From Dehalococcoidia bacterium (lineage in GTDB: Bacteria; Chloroflexota; Dehalococcoidia; Plut-88900), in contig CBDBLV010000002.1 in assembly GCA_965207225.1 (NCBI GenBank), positions 160,001 to 224,000 on the forward strand: DNA of 64,000 nucleotides. The letters are read 5' to 3'. The position numbers and the translations under genes were made by a program. The notes under the pieces are model-generated. The model did no database searches and was not told the DNA's origin. It saw nothing but the letters and a program-made list of their open reading frames with translations. Below, piece after piece: positions 28,895 through 38,958 of the stretch. How positions within the stretch are numbered: position 1 is the first letter of the stretch; every line of letters starts with the position of its first letter.

Positions 28895-30193
28895 CTATTT
28901 GTACAGATGGGCATGATAGTCCATGCCCACATGTCCCACATCTTCCAATCGCTTGTAGTCGGAGTCCGGCAGGCCCAGCAATTCCTTGAATACGTAGTGG
29001 TTGTGTTCTCCGAGCATTGGTGCGGGTAGCCTGATGCCGTTGGGAGTCTCTTTCAGTTTCCACATCATGCCGGTGTAGGGGTGCCTACCCGTCGAGGACT
29101 GGTCCAGCTGCTCGAAATAGCCGCGAGCTACCATCTGCGGATCATCGTAGAGCTCCCTTTGGTCATGAACTGCGCCCGCCGGAACGCCTTCGGCCTGGAG
29201 AAGATTCATAACTTCGATATGGTCTTTGTCGGCCATCCACTCTTCGAGGTGATCGACGATCACCTCCTGAAGTCGATAGCGACCCAACACCGTATCTAGC
29301 CTCGGATCTCGAGCCCATTTAGGATTGCCCATAGCCCGTTTCAGCGCCACCCATTCTTCGTCGTTGCCGACTGACAGGACGAGCCAGTTGTCCTCACCTC
29401 TACACTTGTAGCAACCCTGGGGGGCACGGGAGGGGTGGGCGTTGGTCAGAGCGGACTGGATGCGACCGTTAACCTGCCAGTCGAGAGTCGACTCGGGGAT
29501 GTAGCTGATTATCGCTTCGGTAGTTGCCACATCTACGAGTTGCCCCTGTCCGGTCCTTTTCCGATGACACAGGGCCATGAGTGCAGCGAAGGCTTCGGTT
29601 ACTCCACCAACAGCATCGCCAAAATATGACGTTCCGGCATCAGTGAGTTGACCGTCTCTGTACCCGCGTATCCACGTGTATCCAGCCGCGGACTCCATCT
29701 GCGGCCCCAATGCCCTGTACTTGGCGTAAGGGCCGGAGAGCCCATAGGCCGGTACCCGAACCATTATGATGTCAGGTCTGACCTGGCGCAGCTGCTCATA
29801 GCTGGCACCAATCTTGTCATAGGTCTGCGGGACGTTGTTTTCGATGACGACGTCCGAGATGGATGCAAGCTGTAGATGGGTGTCCATGATGTCGGGTGCA
29901 GGTATATTTGAAGTCATGCTGAGCTTATTTCGGCCATGAATCTGGAACAAAGAGCTCCTGTTCCAGTGGCGTTCGCCGGGGACATCATCGGGGTAGGAGC
30001 TGGCCCAGTCATACAATCCGCGGTTTATCGGCATTACTTGGATTGCCCGCGTGCCATACTGGAAAATGGAGATGGGTTCAACACGAATCACCTCGGCGCC
30101 CCAGTCGGCCAGAAGTTGCGTTCCAAAGGGTCCAACCCACGCCAGTGTCATATCGATGATTCGCACACCCTCCAAAGGCAATCGTGCAGACAT
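28895..30193 (-). CDS. Family III CoA-transferase (catalytic Asp present)
   Basis: 'DMTLAWVGP', 'FGDAVGG'; TAATG overlap with the upstream gene. Confidence 0.87.
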   Translation of the reverse strand: MSARLPLEGVRIIDMTLAWVGPFGTQLLADWGAEVIRVEPISIFQYGTRAIQVMPINRGLYDWASSYPDDVPGERHWNRSSLFQIHGRNKLSMTSNIPAPDIMDTHLQLASISDVVIENNVPQTYDKIGASYEQLRQVRPDIIMVRVPAYGLSGPYAKYRALGPQMESAAGYTWIRGYRDGQLTDAGTSYFGDAVGGVTEAFAALMALCHRKRTGQGQLVDVATTEAIISYIPESTLDWQVNGRIQSALTNAHPSRAPQGCYKCRGEDNWLVLSVGNDEEWVALKRAMGNPKWARDPRLDTVLGRYRLQEVIVDHLEEWMADKDHIEVMNLLQAEGVPAGAVHDQRELYDDPQMVARGYFEQLDQSSTGRHPYTGMMWKLKETPNGIRLPAPMLGEHNHYVFKELLGLPDSDYKRLEDVGHVGMDYHAHLYK

Positions 30194-31428
30194 TAGACAA
30201 TGCTCTCCTGTCGCAGGATGGACAATTCCCGGCGGCTAACGCCAAGCAGGCCGCAGTAGACATGCCTATTGTGCTGGCCGAGACTCGGGGCTGGGCTCCT
30301 AATCTGCCAAGGCGTACGACGCATGATCATGTGCCGACTCGGGAATGTTTGACGACCATACCGGTGATCTTCGATGCCGGCCCATACTCCCCTGGCCCGG
30401 AACCCCGGGTCGGAGGCGACGCCTGCCGGGTTGTAGAGGGGGGCGGAAAGGGTCCTTTGGGCCTGACTTTGAGCCCATCCCTTTATCTGAGTGCGGGTCG
30501 ATATCCACTCGGCGATCAGTTCGTCCAGCTTTTGCACTACACGTGGAGTTGCAAGAGCCGTAGTGACATCTACCCCGTTCTCTTCGAAGAAATCCGGTCT
30601 CCCCAGAAGGGCCAAGAGCCTGGAGGACCCTCCAGCGTACTGCACATCCATGTACCCGTCTTTGCCCGGATACACCTGGGAGAAACCTTTGTTTTCGCCA
30701 GCGAAACGAGAATACCGCCGACCAGTGTAAACGTGGCCAAGCAGGAGAGCTGATTGCCTGTCTATCGTCCCGGCCTGAGTTTCCATTATAGATATGTCCA
30801 AGTGGTCTCCCAGGTTACCGTTACCCATCTGCCGGTATAGCGCAGTAAGAGTGGCGATGGCTGCGACTTGACCCGCGAAGTACATTCCGACTCGTCCGCC
30901 GTGCTTCAAGGGCTCCCGGTGGGAAGCACCGGTAAAGAGCATGGGTCCCCCGGTGGCATATTCCACTATTTCGGTTGCCTTACGATGCCTGTAGGGACCG
31001 GTCTGCCCGAAATTTGAAATGGAAGTTAGGATTAAAGAAGGGTTCAATTCCTTTAGTCGAGAGTAGCCCAGGCCGAATTTTGACATCACACCAGGCTGGA
31101 AGTTCTCCACTATTACATCAGCCCACATGGCCAGGGATTCAATAATTTGAACGCCTGCAGATTGCTTTAGGTCCAAAGTTATGCCGAGTTTATTTTGATT
31201 AAGGTACTGGAAGAGGGCGCTGGACTCGGGGTTGGGGAGGTCTTGATTAAATGGCCCGATTCTGCGTCCGGGATCGCCTGAGCCGGGTCTTTCGAGCTTG
31301 ATTACTTCGGCACCGTAGTCGGCGAGTAGCTTAGTGCAGAAGGGGCCGGCGACGTAGTGGGTCAGGTCCAGGACTCGGGTCCCGGCGAGGGCCTGTAGGG
31401 GAGGTCGGCAAGTCGAATCTTCCGGCAT
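30193..31428 (-). CDS. Family III CoA-transferase, probable non-catalytic subunit
   Basis: 'DLTHYVAGPFCTKLLADYGA', 'LNQNKLG'; Asp site reads 'GMYFAG'. Confidence 0.85.
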   Translation of the reverse strand: MPEDSTCRPPLQALAGTRVLDLTHYVAGPFCTKLLADYGAEVIKLERPGSGDPGRRIGPFNQDLPNPESSALFQYLNQNKLGITLDLKQSAGVQIIESLAMWADVIVENFQPGVMSKFGLGYSRLKELNPSLILTSISNFGQTGPYRHRKATEIVEYATGGPMLFTGASHREPLKHGGRVGMYFAGQVAAIATLTALYRQMGNGNLGDHLDISIMETQAGTIDRQSALLLGHVYTGRRYSRFAGENKGFSQVYPGKDGYMDVQYAGGSSRLLALLGRPDFFEENGVDVTTALATPRVVQKLDELIAEWISTRTQIKGWAQSQAQRTLSAPLYNPAGVASDPGFRARGVWAGIEDHRYGRQTFPSRHMIMRRTPWQIRSPAPSLGQHNRHVYCGLLGVSRRELSILRQESIV

Positions 31429-31505
31429 AATAGTTGCACTAATATAGCCGGGCGAAGGTTGGGGGGCAAGGAGTGGATGACACACCCGGTTTTGGGAGAC
31501 GAGTC

Positions 31506-32438
31506 ATGGCAGAGCCGAAATTTGGATTTCACTACAGCAGGATTGAGAACGTAATCCCGCCCGAGGAGTTCGGGCCAATGGCCGAGGAGATGGGCTTCGA
31601 CTCCGTGTGGGTGCCCGAGGCCCTGGTCAACGAGGTGCCGGCGGGAGATATCCTGATGACGATGAGTGCGCTGGTGCACAACACCAACAAGATCCGAGTC
31701 GGGGCGGGGGCGGTGCTGCTGCCACTGAGGAACCCGGTAGTGCTGGCCAAGGAGCTGGCCACGCTGGACATGTACTCGAAAGGGAGGGTGATAGTGGGGT
31801 ATGGGGTGGGGGGGCCACCGGACTCCCACCCAGACGCGTTCGAGGCGTGCGGGGTCAGCCTTCGGGAGAGGGGTGCCCGCACGGACGAGGCCCTGGAAAT
31901 CATGACCAAGTTGTGGACTGGGGAGCCGGTAGACCATGAGGGCAGGTTCCAGAGCTTCACCAAGATTCAGCTGGAGCCAAGGCCTCATCAGCGACCTCAT
32001 CCGCCGCTGTGGGCCGGAGGGGTCTCGGAGAGGATGTTGAAGAGAGCGGCTAGGTACTCGGATGGCTTTTACCCGGTGCGCATCAACCCGGCGGAGTTTG
32101 CGGAGTCCTGGGAGAAGATTGAGCGGTACGGGGAAGAGCTTGGAAGGGACGTATCAGGGATGTCCCGGGCGATCCACTTGTTCTTTCGTATGGGGCGGAC
32201 ACAGGAGGAGGCTCGGGCGGCGGGAGAGGCGGAGGTGAACAGGCGTCGGGGATTCGAGGTCTCGCTCGTAGCGGACGGCAGATATGCGTTCGGCACACCG
32301 GACGATTGTGCAAAGGCGGTGGAGGGTTTCCTGGATGTGGGAGTAGATCACGTAGTGTTCAACGCACTCACACCCTCGGGACAGGTGCGGGGCCAGATAG
32401 CACAGCTGGTAGAGGGTGTGATCTCCCGGTTCCGGTAG
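31506..32438 (+). CDS. LLM-class (luciferase-like, probably F420-dependent) oxidoreductase
   Basis: 'AEEMGFDSVWVPE', 'PLRNPVVLAKELATLD', 'PPLWAGG'. Confidence 0.9.
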   Translation: MAEPKFGFHYSRIENVIPPEEFGPMAEEMGFDSVWVPEALVNEVPAGDILMTMSALVHNTNKIRVGAGAVLLPLRNPVVLAKELATLDMYSKGRVIVGYGVGGPPDSHPDAFEACGVSLRERGARTDEALEIMTKLWTGEPVDHEGRFQSFTKIQLEPRPHQRPHPPLWAGGVSERMLKRAARYSDGFYPVRINPAEFAESWEKIERYGEELGRDVSGMSRAIHLFFRMGRTQEEARAAGEAEVNRRRGFEVSLVADGRYAFGTPDDCAKAVEGFLDVGVDHVVFNALTPSGQVRGQIAQLVEGVISRFR

Positions 32439-32445
32439 GGATAGG

Positions 32446-32718
32446 CTAGTCGGTGGAGATGGCGTCCCAGAGGACCCAGCCTTCCTTGGAGTCGCCGTAG
32501 CGAACGTGGGCGCGCTGGGACAAGGAGCCGTAGACGTCCTTTTGCTCTTCGAAGACCGTGACCTCGGTAGGAGCGGTGATTTCATCGAGGACCTGAGACC
32601 CCTCGATAGCGCTCATCGGCTCGCTCCAGACCCGGACCACGCCATTCCACTTCTTCAGGATAGCCTTGGTGACGTTGGCGGTGTAGGCTTCCACTTCTTC
32701 AACCTTATTCATCGACAT
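32446..32718 (-). CDS. Hypothetical protein (possible SH3-like beta fold)
   Basis: 90-aa ORF overlapping the dnaJ stop; 'HVRYGDSKEGWV'. Confidence 0.6.
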   Translation of the reverse strand: MSMNKVEEVEAYTANVTKAILKKWNGVVRVWSEPMSAIEGSQVLDEITAPTEVTVFEEQKDVYGSLSQRAHVRYGDSKEGWVLWDAISTD

Positions 32719-33814
32719 TTTCGGTTACTCTCCTTCTAAGCTGACGGTAATCCTGCAGCAAACGTCTTTCTTGTTCGTTGAGGTCGGTGGGGACGGTGAT
32801 CTTTGCCACGACGTATTCGTCGCCGACGCCACCTCCCCGGAGATGGGGAAGCCCCTGGCCCGAGAGCCGGAAAGTAGCCCCGTGCTGGGTGGCCTCGGGC
32901 AATGTGACGGACACGGCACCGTCAAGGGTAGGGACCTCGACATCTCCCCCGAGGGCTGCGGTGGCCATGTCAATTTCGTGTCTAACAACAAGGTCCTGGC
33001 CCCGACGCTCGAAGCGGGGATCTGGGATGACGTTCAGGACTACGAAGAGGTCGCCGGGGAGATCGGGGCCGGCCTCCCCTTCGCCGGAGATTTGGAGGGC
33101 ATGGCCGTCCTCGACACCCGGCGGCACATCTACATCAATTTCTACGGTTTCAGTTGTCCTGCCGCGTCCCTCACAGGTCCCGCAGGGTTCTACGATGACT
33201 CGACCGCTGCCCCGACAGGAAGCACAGGTGAGGATCTGCCGGACTACTCCGAACCCCGACCGCTCCTCTCGGACAGAACGCCCGGAACCTAGACAGGTCT
33301 CGCACTCACTTTCTCCACCAGCCTCGGCGCCGGAGCCGAGACAGCCGGCACAGGTTGAAGCGCGGTCCAGGGTGATGGTCTTGCTTAAGCCTTTGGCCAC
33401 GTCCTGAAGGGTTATCTCCAGGTCATATCGGATGTCGGCGCCTTTGTGGGTGCGGGGTCGGCTACGGGTGCGGCTGCCGAAGATACCGCCGAAGGGGTCG
33501 CCTCCGAAGCCAAAGATATCTCCCAAGCCAAACTCGCTGAAAATGCTGGAAAAATCGACTCCCCGGAAGATGTCTTCCTGGGTGTATCCTTCCAGGCCGG
33601 CGTGGCCGTACCGGTCGTAGAGGTCGCGCTTCTTGGAGTCGTTGAGGACGGCGTAGGCCTCGTTGACTTCCTTCATGGAAGTTGCGGCCGCGTCGTCACC
33701 CGGGTTCCTATCCGGGTGGTATTTCATGGCGAGGGAGCGGTAGGCCTTCTTGACAGCCTTGGAGTCGGCGCTGCGGTCGACCCCCAGGACCTCATAGTAG
33801 TCCCGCTTGGCCAC
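32705..33814 (-). CDS. dnaJ: Molecular chaperone DnaJ
   Basis: J-domain HPD, G/F region, four CxxCxGxG repeats, C-terminal domain. Confidence 0.93.
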   Translation of the reverse strand: MAKRDYYEVLGVDRSADSKAVKKAYRSLAMKYHPDRNPGDDAAATSMKEVNEAYAVLNDSKKRDLYDRYGHAGLEGYTQEDIFRGVDFSSIFSEFGLGDIFGFGGDPFGGIFGSRTRSRPRTHKGADIRYDLEITLQDVAKGLSKTITLDRASTCAGCLGSGAEAGGESECETCLGSGRSVREERSGFGVVRQILTCASCRGSGRVIVEPCGTCEGRGRTTETVEIDVDVPPGVEDGHALQISGEGEAGPDLPGDLFVVLNVIPDPRFERRGQDLVVRHEIDMATAALGGDVEVPTLDGAVSVTLPEATQHGATFRLSGQGLPHLRGGGVGDEYVVAKITVPTDLNEQERRLLQDYRQLRRRVTENVDE

Positions 33815-33817
33815 GAG

Positions 33818-33976
33818 TTACCCTCCGACGTATTTCCAGCCTACCTGGTCCCAGGAGTAGGAGGTGTTGTTGCAGCCGTTGCAGACGACGGTAGTGTTTT
33901 CTCCGTCTACGTCCCGGCGGACGCTGACCAGCTTCCTGCATTTCCTGCAATATACTTTTTTTGCGGTCAAATTCAT
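33818..33976 (-). CDS. 52-aa zinc-ribbon protein (absent from the ORF track)
   Basis: Manual translation MNLTAKKVYCRKCRKLVSVRRDVDGENTTVVCNGCNNTSYSWDQVGWKYVGG; two CxxC; stop 3 nt before the dnaJ start. Confidence 0.7.
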   Translation of the reverse strand: MNLTAKKVYCRKCRKLVSVRRDVDGENTTVVCNGCNNTSYSWDQVGWKYVGG

Positions 33977-34055
33977 GCTATGCGCCTTAGCTAATGGATA
34001 TGGATGTTAGCTGATAGTCGTTAAGGTAAATGGTGTTAAATGCACCAAAAACTGG

Positions 34056-34262
34056 CTACCTCTTTGTGGGCGGGTGCTGCCGGAAGGCGGGCTTGGACGG
34101 AGTCCTGATGTAATAGTCCACCTTTGATGCCGCGGCGGACATTAACTTTTGGCCCTCGGCGCTGCAGGTGGGGCAAGGGGCGGGGTCGGCGGACTTGCTT
34201 ATGGGTCTCATAAGCTCGAATTCCTCGCTGCAAACAGCGCAGTAATATTCGTAAATTGCCAT
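34056..34262 (-). CDS. FmdB-family zinc-ribbon protein
   Basis: 'MAIYEYYCAVCSEEFE...CPTCS'. Confidence 0.85.
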   Translation of the reverse strand: MAIYEYYCAVCSEEFELMRPISKSADPAPCPTCSAEGQKLMSAAASKVDYYIRTPSKPAFRQHPPTKR

Positions 34263-34292
34263 GAGTGGCCTCCTGGGGAGGGTGATCCTGGG

Positions 34293-34535
34293 CTATTCCT
34301 CGTCCTCCTCGGGCCTCCAGCCCGTTTTTTCGAAGACTTCCTGTAACTCCCGGATCCGGCCCAACACTATGTCCTGGACCTTGGCCTCGATGTCAGGTGT
34401 AATGATCAGGAGGGCTATCTGGTTCTTGCGGTGCCAGACCTGCAAGTTTCCGAAGGTCTCCTGGACCCAATAGCCTTTTTTGATCTGTTCTTCGGTGAGG
34501 TAATCGGTCGGGGCGATTTCATCGATGTCGGCCAC
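34293..34535 (-). CDS. Hypothetical protein
   Basis: 80-aa ORF with GGAGG RBS, first gene of the dnaJ cluster. Confidence 0.6.
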   Translation of the reverse strand: MADIDEIAPTDYLTEEQIKKGYWVQETFGNLQVWHRKNQIALLIITPDIEAKVQDIVLGRIRELQEVFEKTGWRPEEDEE

Positions 34536-34658
34536 TATTGCACCTCCAGAAAGGGGCCCGGGCCCCGATGCCTGAGTGGTTTTGGCGAGGATAGTATACG
34601 GACTCGGGGGCGCATGTAAAGAATATCCATGGCTGGCGCACTCTCGTCTCGCAGGCCC

Positions 34659-35966
34659 TCACTCCACGTGGGCGTGGTAGGCGTTGCCTATATGGCCTAT
34701 GTCCTTGAGTTCACTGTATTCCGACTCGGTGTAGCCCAGGAGTTGCTTGTAGACGTATTCATTGTGCTCGCCGAGTCGGGGCGGGGGAAGGCGGATGGCA
34801 TTGGGGGTCTCTGAAAGTCGGCCGATTATGGACGGGTATTCGTGCTTGCCGGTGCCGGGCATATCCACCCACTGGAAGAAATTGCGCCCCCGCAGCTGTT
34901 GGTCCCGGGAGACCTCGGCGTGGTTGGACACCTGGCCCGAAGGCACGCCCGCCTCCTGCAGCTTGCACATCACCTCTCCCTTATTGAGGGTCCGGGTCCA
35001 AGCCGAGATCAGGGTGTCGAGTTCATCTTGATGTTCGTACCGGCTGAGATAGCTGGCGAACTTTCTGTCGGCTGTCCAGTCGGGGCTGCCCATGACCCTG
35101 CAGAGGGCATCCCACTGCTCTTCTTTCTCGACGGCGATGACCACCCATTCATCCTCTCCGGCGCAGGGATAACAGCCGTGGGGGACCATGGTGCGGTGCC
35201 GGTTGCCGAGGGTGCGCTGGACCCGTCCGTTGGCCAGCCGGTCCATGTTCACGTCGCTGATGTAGGAGGTGAAGTTCTCGACCTGGGCCAGCTCTATCAT
35301 CTGGCCCCTGCCAGTGCGCTGTCTGTGCCTGAGGGCCATTAGCACCGCCAGGGCGCAGTTTATACCCCCCGCCGCGTCGCTGTAGAAGATGTCGGTCTGA
35401 AATTCGAGGCCGAGATCGGGATACCCGCGCAGGCTGGCGTGACCCGAGACGCCGTCAATGTGGCTGCCGAGGGTCCGATATGTCCTGTAGGGCCCCTGAA
35501 GGCCGAATCCCGGCATCCGGACCATGATAAAGCCGGGGTTGATCTTTCGGGCCCTTTCGTAGGAGATGCCTAGTTTGTCGGCGGTGGTGGGGACGTTGTT
35601 CTCTATCAATATGTCGGCAACATGGAATAGCCTCTGGAACACCTCCTGTCCCCCGGGAGCACCCAGGTTCACGGTCATGCTCTTCTTGTTGCGGGCGTGA
35701 ACGTTGAAGGAAGGCGTCCTGTTCCAGGGCATGTCGGTGGGGTCCCAGTCGGGGTAGGCGTTGTGCCAATCCGTATCCGCGGTTATTTCAGCCTTTGACA
35801 CCCGGGCCCTCTGGCCCCGGGCCATGGGTTGGAAATGGTCTATGGGTTCCAGCCGGATTACTTCTGCGCCCCAGTCGGCGAGCATCTGGGTGGCGTAGGG
35901 TCCCGCCCAAACGAGGGTGATGTCCAGGACACGAATGCCTTCCAGTGGCAGCTTTGTCGTACCCAC
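34659..35966 (-). CDS. Family III CoA-transferase (catalytic Asp present)
   Basis: 'DITLVWAGP', 'YSDAAGG'. Confidence 0.87.
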   Translation of the reverse strand: MGTTKLPLEGIRVLDITLVWAGPYATQMLADWGAEVIRLEPIDHFQPMARGQRARVSKAEITADTDWHNAYPDWDPTDMPWNRTPSFNVHARNKKSMTVNLGAPGGQEVFQRLFHVADILIENNVPTTADKLGISYERARKINPGFIMVRMPGFGLQGPYRTYRTLGSHIDGVSGHASLRGYPDLGLEFQTDIFYSDAAGGINCALAVLMALRHRQRTGRGQMIELAQVENFTSYISDVNMDRLANGRVQRTLGNRHRTMVPHGCYPCAGEDEWVVIAVEKEEQWDALCRVMGSPDWTADRKFASYLSRYEHQDELDTLISAWTRTLNKGEVMCKLQEAGVPSGQVSNHAEVSRDQQLRGRNFFQWVDMPGTGKHEYPSIIGRLSETPNAIRLPPPRLGEHNEYVYKQLLGYTESEYSELKDIGHIGNAYHAHVE

Positions 35967-35970
35967 CGGC

Positions 35971-37194
35971 TTAGATCACTCTCAGCTGTTTAAGTGTCGC
36001 AAGCTCTTCACGGGAGAAACCGAGAATCCGACCGTATATTTCAGCGTTGTGCTGGCCGAGGGTCGGGGCGGGGCGGCGCATGGCCCACGGGCCACCGTAC
36101 ATCTGGAAGGACTTGCCGGGCATCCGTACTTTGTCGCCGGGTGACCTTTCGACGGTAGGCCAGTAGGCTCGAGCGCGGAAGTTGGGGTCGGCGGTGAGAA
36201 GGGCGGAGTTGTAGACCGGCCCCGAGAGTATGCGAGAGCCCTGGGCCGCAGCGAATGCCTCCGTCACAGGGCGTTCCAGGAGCCACGGTTCGAGCAGCGC
36301 ATCAAAATATTCGTGGCTTTCGGGCATGGATCGCGCCTCCATGGTGGAAAAGAGGGGCTCTTCCATCAGCTCCGACATACCCAGCATGTTCAGGCCCTTG
36401 GGAATCATGGTGGCATCGGGGAACATGTTCAGGTAGCCATCCTTGCATTTATGGATCGATCCACCACCACCTTCAAAGTTCTCGCGTCCGGTGATAAAGC
36501 CGGTGTACTGGTAGGCCAACAGCATGACGGAAGTGCGGTCAATACTACCGGCCTGCAGTTCCTGGATCGACTCGTCAACGTGCTCCCCAACGCCCCTTGC
36601 GGCCGTGCCCCGGAGGGCGATCATGGAATGCAGGGCGCTCATTATCCCGGCATGGAACTGGATGACGTTAGGCCCCAGTTTGACCGGCTCCCGGGAAGCC
36701 AGCCCGGTAGTATTCATCAGCCCCGACATTGCGTAGTAGACCGCTTCCGAGGCCTGGTATTCACTGTACGGACCGTTCTGGCCAAAGTTGGTTACTGAAG
36801 TGAGCACGATCCTGGGGTTGCGCTCCTTCATGGTCTCGTAGCCAAGGCCGAGGGAGGGGAGGGTTGACGGGGAGAAGGTCTCGACGACGAGGTCGGCCCA
36901 CTCTATCAACTCAAGAAGGAGTTTCTTGCCGGTGATGGTCCCGAAGTCGAGGGTGATGCCGCGCTTGTTGTTGTTGAGGTAGCGGAAATAACCGCTGGAT
37001 TCTACGCCGGGGAGATCGTTGATGAAGGGGTTCGAGGATCGGGTGGGATCACCGGCAAGGGGTTCGACCAGGACTACATCTGCACCGAAGTCTGCGAGAA
37101 GTTTGGTGCAGACGTGTCCGGGGATGCGCCGGCTGATGTCCAGGACCCGGAGGTCGCTAAGGGCCTGATCGTGCAATGCGTTGACCTCGCCCAA
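35971..37194 (-). CDS. Family III CoA-transferase, probable non-catalytic subunit
   Basis: 'LNNNKRGITLD'; Asp site reads 'IQFHAG'. Confidence 0.85.
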   Translation of the reverse strand: MGEVNALHDQALSDLRVLDISRRIPGHVCTKLLADFGADVVLVEPLAGDPTRSSNPFINDLPGVESSGYFRYLNNNKRGITLDFGTITGKKLLLELIEWADLVVETFSPSTLPSLGLGYETMKERNPRIVLTSVTNFGQNGPYSEYQASEAVYYAMSGLMNTTGLASREPVKLGPNVIQFHAGIMSALHSMIALRGTAARGVGEHVDESIQELQAGSIDRTSVMLLAYQYTGFITGRENFEGGGGSIHKCKDGYLNMFPDATMIPKGLNMLGMSELMEEPLFSTMEARSMPESHEYFDALLEPWLLERPVTEAFAAAQGSRILSGPVYNSALLTADPNFRARAYWPTVERSPGDKVRMPGKSFQMYGGPWAMRRPAPTLGQHNAEIYGRILGFSREELATLKQLRVI

Positions 37195-37251
37195 ACCAGG
37201 TGATAGTAGGCTACGATTCTATCACTGCCGTGAAGGAGGAAAGGATTAGGA

Positions 37252-37767
37252 CTACTGGTCGGGGCCGACTTCGTCGGGGATGAATTCTTCCTGGACCTCG
37301 ACGGTGAGCCAGTTTTCGAAGCAAACGCCGCTGGAAAGGCTGGTCACGCCGATGGTCGCTCGTCCCCCGAGCCCTCGCTCTTCACCCAAAACCTCGACGA
37401 ACAGATCGGTGGCGCCGCTGGAGACCCTGTTCACATCCGTGAATTCTGGGGTGCAGACCACGAAGTTCAGAGACCTGATTATGCCGACTATCTTGTCCAG
37501 GTCGCCGATGGCGTACTTGATTCCGGCGAAGCAGTGAATGGCGGTAAGTCGGGCGGCCTGGTATCCCTCTTCAATGGTAACGTCCTTGCCGAGAGTGCCT
37601 ATACCGGTAGGGCCACCGTCCTTCCACGGGACGTGACCGCTGAGGTAGAGAACGTTGCCCACGCGGTGGTGAGACTTCATGGTGCCGAAGGTCGCGCCGG
37701 GATATCCCTCCTTGGAGTAGTCGGGGAGGATAATGCCCATCTCTGCCAGTTTTGCTTCAACTCTCAT
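37252..37767 (-). CDS. RidA/YjgF-family protein
   Basis: 'VGNVLYLSGH', 'GATDLFVEVLGE...RATIG'. Confidence 0.85.
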   Translation of the reverse strand: MRVEAKLAEMGIILPDYSKEGYPGATFGTMKSHHRVGNVLYLSGHVPWKDGGPTGIGTLGKDVTIEEGYQAARLTAIHCFAGIKYAIGDLDKIVGIIRSLNFVVCTPEFTDVNRVSSGATDLFVEVLGEERGLGGRATIGVTSLSSGVCFENWLTVEVQEEFIPDEVGPDQ

Positions 37768-37791
37768 TTCTGAGACCTCCGTAGGGATGGG

Positions 37792-38958
37792 TCAGTCGAA
37801 TACCCTGATGATGTCGTAGGAGGTGGTGCGTTGGGCCGGGACCCGGCCCATGTCCTTAATCAGCTTCTGGAACTCCTCGGGGGACATGTATTGGCCGTAG
37901 GGAGCGCCCGCAGACCGGGAGATCTTTTCGTTCATGAGTGTGCCACCGAAGTCGTTGGCGCCGGCGTTAAGGCAGACCTGGGCGAACTTCTGGCCCAGTT
38001 TGACCCACGAGACCTGGATGTTCTTGATCCAGTTGTTGAGCATGATGCGGGAAATGGCGTGCATCCTGAGGTCTTCCATGCCGGTGGGCCCGGGCCTCAC
38101 TCCTCCCTGCTGGTACAGGGGCGAGTCCCAGTGGACGAATCCCAGGGGCACAAACTCGGTAAAGCCGCCCGTTTCCTTCTGGATGTCCCGGATAAGGGCG
38201 ATGTGGTTGGCCCAGTGGACCGGGGCGTCGATGTGGCCGTACATGATGGTGGAGGTGGAGGGCAGCCCGACGTCGTGGGCGGTCTTGATAACCTCTGTCC
38301 ATTTCTCGGCGCTGAGCTTGTTCTTGGTGAGGCGCTGCCGAATCTCGGTGTCCAGTATCTCGGCGGCGGTGCCGGGTATCGAGCCCAGCCCGACCTCCTT
38401 CACCATGAGGAGGAAGTCCCGGATGCTGAGGCCCGTCTTCTTGCTACCGTATTGCACCTCGAAGGGGGAGAAGGCGTGGATGTGGATGCCCGGGACCCGA
38501 TCCTTGATGGCAATGACCATGTCCCGGTACTCGTAGCCGGTCATCTTGGGGTGGAGGCCACCCTGCATACAGACCTCGGTGGCGCCGGCTTCCCATGCTT
38601 CCTCGGCGCGGTCAGCGACCTGCTCTATGGTGAGGGTCTCGGCTTCCTCATCGCCGAAGTGCTTGGCGAAGGCACAGAACTTGCAGCCCGTATAACAGAT
38701 GTTGGTGAAGTTGATGTTCCGCACGGTCACGAAGGTAACCATGTCGCCGACGGTGCGCTTTCGGAGCTCGTTGGCGGTGGCGCAGAGGGCATGGAGTTCA
38801 AGGTCGGTGGCGGAGAAGAGGGTTATGGCCTCATCCACCTCGATATCGTAACCGTTGAGGGCCTTGTCGAGAATTCGGGCGGTCTCCGGTTCGATCACCG
38901 ACATAAGCCTGTCGATACCGGTGTCAAGGGCGCCGGGCAAAGCGGCATCAATTACCAT
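37792..38958 (-). CDS. cofH: FO synthase subunit 2 (radical SAM)
   Basis: 'NINFTNICYTGCKFCAF', 'PGTAAEIL', 'IQVSWVKLG', 'GGTLMNE'. Confidence 0.92.
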   Translation of the reverse strand: MVIDAALPGALDTGIDRLMSVIEPETARILDKALNGYDIEVDEAITLFSATDLELHALCATANELRKRTVGDMVTFVTVRNINFTNICYTGCKFCAFAKHFGDEEAETLTIEQVADRAEEAWEAGATEVCMQGGLHPKMTGYEYRDMVIAIKDRVPGIHIHAFSPFEVQYGSKKTGLSIRDFLLMVKEVGLGSIPGTAAEILDTEIRQRLTKNKLSAEKWTEVIKTAHDVGLPSTSTIMYGHIDAPVHWANHIALIRDIQKETGGFTEFVPLGFVHWDSPLYQQGGVRPGPTGMEDLRMHAISRIMLNNWIKNIQVSWVKLGQKFAQVCLNAGANDFGGTLMNEKISRSAGAPYGQYMSPEEFQKLIKDMGRVPAQRTTSYDIIRVFD

